A DNA stretch of 64,000 nucleotides from assembly GCA_013265495.1 (NCBI GenBank), contig MU058213.1, forward strand, positions 7,332,066-7,396,065. Direction: 5' to 3'. Below, piece after piece: positions 1 to 10,850 of this stretch; positions within the stretch are counted from its first letter, which is position 1; every line of letters starts with the position of its first letter. The DNA is from Vicugna vicugna (Eukaryota). The position numbers and the translations under genes are program-made. The notes beneath the pieces were generated by a model. It had not been told where the DNA came from and searched no databases. It saw nothing but the letters and a program-made list of their open reading frames with translations.

Positions 1-804
1 TGAGCGAGAGTGAGCTCCCCATCATGGGAGGTGTTCAAGCATAACCAGACAACCATTTGGCAGGAATGCTGTGGAGAGGAACCAAAGCCAATAGGGCGTG
101 CATCTGAATGACATTTCAGGTTTCTTCTCTCCCTGAGACTCTATGAAATGATGCTCATTTTCTTGAGGCAAATACAACTCAATCCAGTTGCCAGAGAAAT
201 AAACCCCCATCAAGGGAGAAATGAGCTTTTGCAGATCCATCTCCTCGGAAACTTTGACTCGTCGTGTGATTTTCTAAAAGACAACAGATTTCTCAAGAAT
301 ACGCCCATGATCATGCCCCGTAGCTGTCATGGAAACAAGCCGGACAGCACTCAAGCCCAAGGATTCATGAGCTTTCTAGCCACAGAGGGATATTAAATGT
401 ACAAGACGCATTTGTGAATACTCCCTTTGCCTACAGATAACTGGAACACATAGAGATAAGACTCTAGCTCAATTCTATCATAATGGGGATAGGTTACACA
501 GGTTAGCTGCACCTCATGGTACATTCCATATTCTTTAGGAAAGTGACGCTTACATTTCACCCAGACCCTCTTACAACAAGCAGACTTAATGAAAATCATG
601 GACGAAGAGAGCTAATGGTAAGCAAATAAGAATAACCCCATTTGTACCAAATTGATTTTATTAAATAGTAATTTAAAGATATTAGGCTCAGCAAAGCATT
701 GCATAATTGAATCTATTTTTTTCCCCTTATAAATGCCAGAGTTATAATTTCCACTAACTAGAGACAAAGTTAGATCCGGGACATGGTCACAGCTTCCTCC
801 AGGG

Positions 805-970
805 GAGGCAGCATGAAGACAGTAGAAATTAGGGCTCTAGTCCTGGCTTCACCGTGTTAACAGCTGGACGAGCTTGGCTGTGACACATAACCCCTGCGAG
901 CTGCAACTAAAAACCATGACGGTGCCAGTGACTTTTCAGGGAGGGTTACATGAGACAAGAATGTCTGCAA
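805..970 (+). mobile_element. MIR SINE remnant
   Basis: Degenerate MIR-like segments (GGGCTCTAGTCCTGGCTTCACC...AGCTTGGCTGTGACACATAACCCC...CATGAGACAAG). Confidence 0.45.
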
Positions 971-3900
971 GCTGTACAGCAAAAAAACAAATATAGATGA
1001 ACATCCTTTCTCTATTTATTTACGAAATGCCAGGTAAACTTCAGAGGCAATGAAATCAAATGCGAAAAGGGAAATCACTGGCAGACCTAGGGAAGAGGTT
1101 TGACGTTACCTTTTATACAAAGATTTTTAAAGTCATCAATGCTATTTACTTATAATATGGTGAGGGCAAACAAATGTCGCTTAAAAAGAAAATCCAGGAA
1201 CAAAAGATTTCAACTTTCTTGCCTTTTGATAGCACTCTGACAGTGCACAGGAAAACCATGTTTCATCATGTCACAGACAACCCTGACAGATACAAACAGC
1301 TCTGACTGCAAATCTCTAAGTCCGTGACTCAAAGGCTGGTGTGGCAGGGAGGTATCCTCGGCGGAGGAGCCAGAGGAGGGAGAGAAAACTGGTAAATCAT
1401 TCCTCAAAGGGTCAAAATGTGGTCTCTGAGATAGTATCAACTGTGAATTCACATCTGTGTTGTCACTGGTGGCCCTCTCCAAACGACCATTATGTTTTAA
1501 AGCAGAGAAACATAAACACAGTGTAGCTGCTAGCTCCGGGTACTGAATTATGGTTTTTAAAGTGGGTAAATATGAAATTATACAGGTTAAGGCAGCCCTG
1601 ATTTCTTATTAATAAACACTGAATATTTACAGGCCATGCCAAAAACATTGCTACAACAAAGCACTCATAGATTGTGTTCCACACAAGAGGTTTTATTCAT
1701 CATTAAAAAAATTTAAGAGAATTTTAAGAAAACTCGACTCTACATCTACAATGCTTGCTATCTACGTATCTATCTATCCATCCAGTACCTTTTTCTCCTA
1801 GTAAATGGTCATTTGAATATACTATTTTCTTAGGTGCCCCAGAGCAAGTTACAAAGTGGCTGGGTACTCTTGCATGCGCTCTGAAATTATCTGCTTGCTG
1901 ACCTCGTCCATTTTATTGTGATTCACTTCGCTGAGAGGAAAAGGCAAGAGAAAAAGGAGTCTAGTGAGAACTACTAATATATTTACTGATATATCTACTA
2001 AGTATTAAAACAAACCTAAGCTTTAAATCACATATATATACGTATTTTTTTAAAAAGGACTATGTCCATTTAGAAATTGTATTATTTTATAACTGGGCAG
2101 CATTAATGAAATTATGTGGTATTCAATTCAAACCAAGGGCAAAGTGGTTTAGAGTATATTGCTTTGCATTAAGTGATGTGATTGAAATATATAAAAATCA
2201 AGAGGCTTCTCTTGAAAATGGTGCTTCTAAAATTCCTCCACTTCATACAGGGTCCGAACCCCTCACCCCTTCCCAGCCCCAGGGACAAATGGATCCAGAG
2301 AGCCTCTGGGTCTGCAGAAGAACGGACCACTCCTCTCACTCTGCTCACTGCGACAGCCATTTGGGTTTTCTCTTTCCAAGATGCAGCCATCAACCGCTCC
2401 CAACACTACCCATCAAAGATCACAAAAATGGAACTAAAAAATCCCAGCTAAGGAATGAATACCAGTGACACAGGGCTTAAAATAAGATGAGGCATAAAAT
2501 TCAAATGTCGTTTGGTGAGGGCCAAATTCTTCAAAACTGTAACATAACATTTATTAGAGTTGGCAATACTCCTAATCACCCACATAGACAGTATTTTCAG
2601 AGCGGTAACGTGCCTTGTATTTGCACATGAATCGTGCGGGAGGAAGAATCTGTTATGGGACGGACATTCCCCTTAAGCGTCCCTTCACGCTCAGCTCCAT
2701 TTACACGCACACAGGCTGAGCACTCCTAGGAAGCAGAGGGGTGTCTCATCTGCGGAAACTGGTGAAGCGCTCGTTTCCTTTCAGCACTGGCTGCCGCCTG
2801 ACATTTGGCCAAAGCATTTCTATGATGGGCAGAACAAGTGCTCCCCTGATTATAAATGTTATCGCTGGCTCTCTCTGTTTGCCCAAGAAGCAATCCAAAT
2901 GGCACTGGAATTTCGTTGTTAATTAAACAAAAAACAAAACTGAAGGATGAGACGAGCGTTGTTCAAATGAAGATTTATTACTTCTAAGCATGAACCCACT
3001 TTAAGCCTAAACTTATCTGACAACGAACGCAGAGGAAGGATTTTCTTCTTTGGAGAGTTCAAAAGGCCTGATTTAATGATGTTTAAAAAACATAAGGAAA
3101 TCAGCCAACAAAGGGAATGATTCTCTTTTATGGTGGCTTGTTCCCTCCTCCCCTGGCCACATGCATACACATACCAAAAAGCTGTATTGTAAAGAGTGTT
3201 TCTGTTTTGTAAGGAAAAATCTAATTATACCAGCTCGCTCTCATATGGAACCAATTTAACTATTAAAACTGAGAGGCAATAGGGAAGTATTTAATATGAT
3301 TCTGGCCAGTTTTTTTTCCCCCTTAAATCTGATATGGAAATATTTATAGTATTCTTCGTTTGCCCACAACTATTTTTCTTCAGTTTAAATGTGCTCCAAA
3401 GCAAGATAATGTCACCCAGACACAAGGTATTATGATACTGGGGAAGAACTATTCTAATTGTCCAGATGCATCTCCCTCTCTCTCACAGCTGAGATTATAG
3501 AAAAACTGCATTGCCAGGACTTCTGAGATACTTTTCTCAAAGCACAATACTACGAATCTATTATCTTTTGGCAGCCAGAGGTCACTCCAAGACAAACATG
3601 TGGGCTTTTGGGGGATATGCTGATTCTATTACTAAAGGATATAGTGTGGAACTTCACCTTGTACTAACTAAGAGAGACAAAAGCAAAAGCCTATGTACCT
3701 GGAAACAACAAAATTAAGTTAAACTACTACAAGGCACCTTCCTTACTGTCCGGTGGTTACTGTTCCTTAAGGGAAACAGTCTTAGCTTCCCACACTTCCC
3801 CCATCAACACCAACTATACTAATAAAATAGAATAAGACTAGCACTAATGCCGCCCCAAATCTACTTCACAACTTAAAGGGGGAAAAAATGGAACAAAATG

Positions 3901-5534
3901 TCTTAACTACAAAGGCTATCCGAGTCGTTTTACTCTCACAGAATTAATGAACCGCAGGAAATAGCATAAAAGTTTTTTGAGGGGGAGGGGAGGACCACAA
4001 ATTTCTTTTACGTAAGAAGTCGGTATGAAAATCTTAAAATCATTTTGGAAAGACAAAAAAAGTTAAATGCTTAAGAACGAGGATCACGGGGAGGTCTCCT
4101 CCCCTTTATCGGTTGCATATTCTCAAAATGATTAAATTCCACTTCCCGCAAACCCGGGGGAAAAAATTTGCTGTGGGGACGTCGAACAGTAAGATTTCAT
4201 CTCAAGCAGCTCATCTTGGCGTCCAGCGGGTTTCGGCCTGTTAATAATTAATAAAAGAGATGCCACCCAATCTCTAGCGAAGAAAGGCAAAGCTCGGTGA
4301 TCCGAAAGTAAACCCAGCGCAGATACCGAAGTGGTGTCCTTCATCCAGGATTACAACAAACCCTCAGCCTAGCAAACGTTTAACAAGCGCCCGGCGCCCG
4401 CACCGAGGGGCTGAACCCACAGGGCAGTCTGGGTCTGCAAAAATGCTGCGCATTAGGGGAGCCCCGTCCACCGCAAACAGATGGGGCTCTAAATCCCCAC
4501 TCCCAGCGGCCGGGTCTGCGAAGCCGCTCGGGCAGATTATCTACCCGGAGGAACCTGCTGGCGCACAAGCGGACGGCGGGCTGAGTTTCTCCCGGGCTGT
4601 TTGCGCGTCTCGGCTCCTCCGGGCCGCGCAGGCGACTTCCTGCACACCTCCAAACTTTGGCTTTCCCATTAGAAACTTCCTTGACTTGCCATGGTTCCTT
4701 TCCTCCTCACCTGGGAGGACTTGAAGCCAGTCCTCTCTCCGACCAGTCCCTCCTGCCATCCCGCCCCCAGCCTGGCTAGGGACTTCGGATCAGGGCGGAA
4801 GGCCGGGCGAGGAGGTTTGGCGGAGGCTTGGCAGCGACTAGCCCGAGCCCGCCGGCCCGCACACTCGTCTAACCTCCGTCACTGCCCGCGAAGCCTGTGG
4901 GCAGAGAAGTTGCCTCCCCACATCCATCCACAACCCAAAGTATCAAGCAGGGGTGCGCGACGGCTGCGGGCGGCAGCCGAGGGAGTCTTGGCACGCTCCA
5001 GAAGCCCGTCTCGCTCGGGCCCGGGCGCTTTCGGAAGTGGCCGGGGAGGCACGCAGCGCGGACCCGACGCACTTCCCCGGCCAGCGGCCGCCTGGGCGCT
5101 CGGGGCTGCCGGGCCGCCGAAGGGGGAGGGCGCAAGGCCCGGGGCGCTGACCAGTCCCCAGGGATGACACCGCGCCCGCGCGCAAGCTCGGCCCAGCCGG
5201 GCCGCGGCGCCTTCTCTGCGTAGGCCGGAGCGGTCCGGGGTGCGGGCCCGGGGGATCCGCCGCGGGCTCCCCCGGCTTCCTCCGAGCTCCCCAGACCCTC
5301 CCCTCCTGGCCAGAAGCGCGACGACTCCTAGGAAACTTTGTTCGGGAGCCCCGCCGGGTGCCAGGCGGACCCGGGCGACTGACAGGAGCCGGAGGGGGCA
5401 GAAGCGGGGGGTCCATCCCCTGCGCCTTTGCCCCCAACAGGAGGCAGGCGGATCCCGCGGCCGGGCGCACGGGGCGCCGCTGCGGGGGCCTAAACAGCCC
5501 CGGCGGGGCTCCCGTGCCCAGCCCCGGGCAGTAC

Positions 5535-5559
5535 GTGCGACGATCACAAAATACATCAT
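5535..5559 (-). CDS. RORA: RORA isoform alpha4 first coding exon (N-terminus MMYFVI...)
   Basis: Minus strand from 5559 reads ATG ATG TAT TTT GTG ATC (MMYFVI), matching the recalled RORalpha4 start MMYFVIAAMK. It lies in a CpG island after a GC-rich leader. The 3' boundary is tentative: a weak phase-1 GT at 5534-5533 (CAC|GTACTG). The two other RORA isoform exon homologues upstream on the same strand support the call. Confidence 0.85.
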
Positions 5560-5706
5560 TTAAGCCGCGGTGCGGAGTGCGCAGGGAGAGCGGATGGTCC
5601 GACCCCGGAGCCCCCTCTGCCGCCGCCGCGCCGCCGCCGCCCGAGCCACAGCAGCAGCTGCAGCAGCTGCCCGCCCGCCGAGAGCCATCCCGAGCCATAA
5701 GAGGCT

Positions 5707-5746
5707 CCATGTGACCGGCTGACATCACGGCCTTCGCTCTGTTTAC
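5707..5746. promoter_or_regulatory. Proximal motif cluster: E-box (GTCACATGG, minus), CRE/ATF-like TGACATCA, forkhead TGTTTAC
   Basis: CCATGTGAC 5707-5715, TGACATCA 5720-5727 and TGTTTAC 5740-5746, 150-190 bp upstream of the ATG. Motif matches only. Confidence 0.5.
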
Positions 5747-8700
5747 ACCGCGCCCCTCCGCTTCCTCCCCGGGCGGGAGGCGGGCGGCGGGAGGCGGGCG
5801 CGCCCCAGCGCTGCGCCCCGCCCCGCCCCCGCGGGCAGGTGAGCGGCCGCGGCTCCCGGGCGCACCCCGGCCGCCGCCGCCCTCCCGCGCCCCCGGCCCG
5901 CCCGGGCCCCCAGCCTCCTGCCCGCCTCCCCGGGCACCTGTGGCCGCCCGGGCGCTTTCTGCCGGTAGCGCCCCGCAGATCGCGCGTCTGACTACTTTCT
6001 CCCCACGACCCCGTGGGCAAGAGGGGCGCAACCCGACGCTACTTTTCTGCTCCCTTCCAGGATCCCCCAGAGGTGATACATGCGCCAACTCGTTGGCGGA
6101 AAAGAGTTGTTTGTTCGGTCTGGGTGGCTGTAGTCACCCTCACTTCCCACTTCCCAGGTGGCCCCAGCTCTTTTCGGAAGGTAGAGCCCCCTCCAGGGCC
6201 GTGGAGAACGCAGCCACCTGGACTGTTCCCGGAGTGAGGTGGGCGCCTCCTCAGCCTCTCCTGAGAGACTCGGCCTGGGAAGGGGGAACTCCGCCCACCC
6301 AGACGTGGATAACCTTCATCACACCAACATCTAAGGTCCAGGTTTACATTTGTCCCTTCCCCCGGGACCACTGATACCTGGAAGGAGAACAAATACTGTG
6401 TGTGAATCACCTAAATGAACTCCAGTTGCCAGCCGATTTGAGCCACGAATTTTCTAGGCTCTTTCATCTCCAGCAATCTCTCCAGAGGGCCCATATACAA
6501 GGCTTTAGTTTTTCACACCCTAAAAATTGGATGTTGTGGTACTTTGGACAGGGCGGGAAAAAAAACTCCAACCACTTCTAAAGGTCAACTTTGTGAATTT
6601 TAACTTGCAACTAAAACACACCTCCCTCCAAACTTTGAAGCTTAATCCTTTTTACTGGCCTGATGGAAACTTCAATCACATTGTTATTATCAGACGAAAC
6701 TCTTTACTATGAATTTCATATGCTTACATACCCAGAGTCTGCATTCTTTAAAATTTCAGCAGGCTTGTCTACAGTATTGAACATAGCAGAGAAGATGATC
6801 AAAAGCCAAGTTCGCTACCTACTCTTGTTCCTTCACACAGTTTCCATTCTGCTTTCTTTTCTGACGGCCTGTGTTTCCGTTTACAACTTAAAGTATTAGA
6901 CGGTTATTCTTTGTTGCATTCATGGTAATTTAAACAAGGAAAGTCCTCGCATTTCCCCCCGTATAACTGAGTTGTTCTCGCCTCTGATTTGGGCTGTAAT
7001 TTAAAACACATGGAGACAGTCAGCACCGGAAAAGCTAGGATTCAGACACTTCCACCCCCGCACCCCACTTCAAGGCAAAATTTACAGAGTACGCTGACTT
7101 AGAAGGTCAAAAAATTCATTGTACCTTAAATCAAGCTGTAGATTTATAAAAGTTTGATTTAAGCTAAAGTCATTCTAACACAGTTTTTAAAGTTTTTTTT
7201 TATCAAATAAAACCACAAAAATAAGAAATCATAAAAGTGTGAAGCCAAGACCTACCCACGTTAACTCAGCTGTCCAGCCATAGCAAAATGGACAAGAGTT
7301 TCCAAAGAATTAAACATAACCACTGTGATGTTTACAATTATGAAATTAAATCACGCCACGTTCCCATGATGCAACTGCATCTCCTAGTGAAGCAACGCTC
7401 CTCAGTGACATTGACACGATCCTTCATATTTGGTTCCTGAATTCCCTTGTCCTAACGACTTTAACAAGGAAGGGCAATGCACAGCTGTCCTGGTGGTAGG
7501 TCCCGGGTACAATTTCCTTTCCTTTGAAAGAATGGAAAAACGTCAGAGGCTGCATGTTTATAGGGACTTTCTTCCATCTTCACTGCAAATGAATCCAGAT
7601 ATACAACTCTGAAAATTCAGTGTTCCTTTAAAACAGTACCCTGCTTTAGAAAATGATACTCTGAAAATGACCAAATCCATTAGCTCCAGCCTGCCTGTCA
7701 GACATCTGACTCCAAGGTAAATAGTCTTACATTACTAGTAATCGGTATTTATTTCCAGACCATTTCAAATGAAATCGGTAATCGGGAATGACATGTAACG
7801 TGACATGCGCTCCTGCAATTACTAGCGGTAGAACCATTCCTCCTATAGATGTGTCCCCAACGGGAATATAATCTCAGAATATTTATTTGGAATATTTACA
7901 CATTTATTCAACAAAGACATTCCAAGGATAGTGGAATACTGACCTTACCCTTTAGAAATGTATTTCATTCTCACCCTACCACTAACGAGCAACAGAATTT
8001 CAGATATTAAGTCTTAGCCCTCCTGGGTGGCGAGGTGCTATTTGTAATCCATGCCTCTATTAAATGTTTTTTTTTTCATTTTTAACACACCTTTTAACCC
8101 AGGGTATATTATTGTTCTTTATATTAACATTAAGCTCTTGGGAAACTTTGAAAGTAAAAATGAGAGGTTTTTTTTTAAAACTTGTTGAAATAAAAGTTTT
8201 GTACATAATTATGTCCTCAACCAAGTAAACCAGTTGGGAATGAAAGGATCTGTCTTTCACTTCAATACTACCAAACTGGAGACATAAATAATGCACACTT
8301 TAGGGCACACTTTTACCAACTATACATTAAAATGTAGGAATAATTATTTGGATTCCATTAAACACATGCTCATGGAGTACTTACTCTGGGGAAAAAACAG
8401 GGTTAAGCAATATACTCCTTCCATTTGAAGATTTTTTACCAAGTGCGCTAAAAAAGTTAAAAATAATACTGCTTCCATGAGGATAATTAAACAGGATGGG
8501 AATTCTTTACCATGAATGAGATTATATGACATTAATCTCAACTCAAATGTTTCCGTTGGCTAATCTCCGAAAAAGAAGGCACACTGCATACTTATAAACA
8601 GATGTGATTCAATTTGGAGTCCTCCAGAGACAGCCCCACACGGTGTCCCTATGAACAGGGTTTCACGTTGGATCTGTCATTTAGTAAGAAAGTGAAGAGA

Positions 8701-9399
8701 CACTTCTGATGCCAGGCTGTTCCAAAGCACCTAGGACAAAAGCCTGCTGTATTTCTGCAGGGGTCTAGACTGGAATATAATCAGTAAATCGGCACCAATC
8801 TCCCCACTTTCAGAGGATAAAGAGATGACACTTGACTTTACAAAGGTATGTTCAGTTTTCCACCAAACAGAATCTGATCTCAGGTACACCACACGGAATC
8901 CCACATGGAGTGCCGCTGGGGAGAATGGCAAAATGATGCGGGCAAACTTATCCAGAATTGGCGAGCAGCTCCTGGTACCAGGATGTTTTCAAAGTTGGCT
9001 GACGCACGTGAGACAGAGCATTTTGGCTCTGAGGTTCTGTCTCGCCCCGGCCCTGATTCTCTCTCCCCAGTGTGTGGCAGCTTGCTAATTCAATTAACGT
9101 CTTTCTAGCTGAACAAGAAAGGGATCAGTGAAAGGTTAATGTGGTCCTGGGCAGCTTGATTCAGCTGAATCCTTAGCCGCCATGGCATTGTGATCTGTAG
9201 GAGTTGGGCCATTCAGGCCGACACGAAGCCAGGGGACTAGGTCTCCTATCGACAGACAGAGTCAGATCTAGAGAGTTCTAAGTAAGATTACTTGGGAAGC
9301 TACGGAGAAGGCACAAACTTACCTACAACAGATCACGGCCTTACTTAACTGAGTCTGGAAGAAGCCAGTATCTCACAAACATTTATAAACAGAATGAAA

Positions 9400-9413
9400 G
9401 AATATGAAAATGA

Positions 9414-9444
<31 letters not shown>

Positions 9445-9518
9445 TGAATGACTGGGACACGGTGCTGTACACCAGAAATTGACACATTACAACTGACAGT
9501 ACTTCAGTTAAAAAAAAG
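9400..9518 (+). mobile_element. L1 3' terminus (5'-truncated) with (TA)n(CA)n
   Basis: GCTGTACACCAGAAATTGACACA...ACTTCAGTTAAAAAAAA is the same L1 tail seen at 27.9, 41.5, 45.3 and 46.2 kb. Confidence 0.8.
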
Positions 9519-10409
9519 TTTATATAAATGGAATGAATAATACTGGTAAGGCTGGACACCAAGGCCACAGAAGGCTCCCCCTACCTATGTGTGTTAAGGG
9601 GGAGGGGATGAACAGATTAATATAACCTGTCTGTTTTATTCATGACTTTAAAGCAGATATAGATACAGATTTAAATGTACACATATGTATGCATATATGT
9701 AGTCCGTGAAACACAGTGAAATAAACAGTATTTTGATGGCGAGAGACATCTTCAATTTTTCACACACACACATAAATATATATTTTACACCATCATTTAC
9801 TGAACACTTACTGTGTGCCTGGCTCTATACTGGAGAATCAAACAAGAACAAGACAGCAGGCCTGATCTTGAGGAGCTTCCTAATCAGTTGACCTTGGCTC
9901 TGAAAACTCTGTGCAAAAGTCAGTCCCCTGAGTCAGCCTGAACTCTGCGGAAGAACGGCAGTGTCCAGCTGCTCGCTGAAAAGTTGTCTGCCCAGCACGT
10001 CACCCCTCACAGTCGACAGACGGCTGCAAACCATCAGTGCGGCTGTTAGTGTAATGGACGTTGGAGGTGACCCATCTGGTTGGACTGAGACAATGGTGAA
10101 AGAATTCAGAGTCTTCTGGAACCACGTATCTCATACACCTGTTAGGAAACTCAAGAACTGGCCGATGTTTTGTAACCATCACAAGGAGGGAAAGGGTAAC
10201 GTTCACAGGTATTCAGACCTGAGTGACCTCCCCAGGATAGGTAGGTGGCTGGTGTCTCATTACACACACACGCACCTGCCAAGGTGGCAAGGAAGGCACA
10301 TCAGAGGCCAGAGGGCCCTCCATCCCAGGTGTTCCTCCGAGATGTCCTTGCCCCGCTCCCACAGTTGGCAGCAGGACAGGCAATGATGATTTTTTTTAGT
10401 TAAAGGAAT

Positions 10410-10850
10410 ATGGGGAATAGAAGTGAACTCAGAACCTGGAGCCCTGGGGTCAAGTTTCACACCTGTCATTAGCTTTCTGTGTCACCTTGGGCAAGTCATT
10501 TCCCCTCCTAGGACTTCAGCCCTCTGAGAATGAAGGAATGGAAACAGACCTCAAGGGGCTCCTGTCACTCCACCACCCATGACTACTTTCAAGATCACAG
10601 CCCACCGGCTTCTCAGAAACCCCCCTCATCCCTTTTTCTTGGCTGAGCCATGTCCACTTCCTACTTCAAGGAGCCTTCCTTGTTCCACTGAACCCCACGG
10701 TATCATCCAAAGAGCTCTGGAACTAGACAAAACTGGGCTCAAACCTAACCTTCATCCTACTCACTAGCTGAGAGATCTTGAGCAAACATTTGTTTCCTCA
10801 TATGTGAAACAAGGAGAGTAGAGCCTCGGAGGGACGCTGGGAGGATTCAA
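10410..10850 (+). mobile_element. Two MIR fragments (~10410-10535, ~10695-10850)
   Basis: MIR core-like TGTGTCACCTTGGGCAAGTCATTT and ACTAGCTGAGAGATCTTGAGCAA...TTTCCTCATATGTGAAA. Confidence 0.6.

Larger units (their letters stand above)
4380..6300. promoter_or_regulatory. RORA: CpG island / RORalpha4 promoter and 5' UTR
   Basis: Very GC- and CpG-dense versus AT-rich flanks. Has GC boxes (CCCCGCCCC, ~5815-5830), GCC/GCA triplet runs (5619-5670), and spans the RORalpha4 ATG. Confidence 0.9.

Noticed and set aside
2106..2468. Three overlapping ORFs of 74-120 aa
   Set aside because: No recognisable homology or convincing splice context; chance intronic ORFs.
4691..6410. Many long overlapping ORFs (up to 381 aa) on both strands
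   Set aside because: G/R/P/A-rich translations are expected from stop-poor CpG-island DNA. Only the MMYFVI start matches a known protein.
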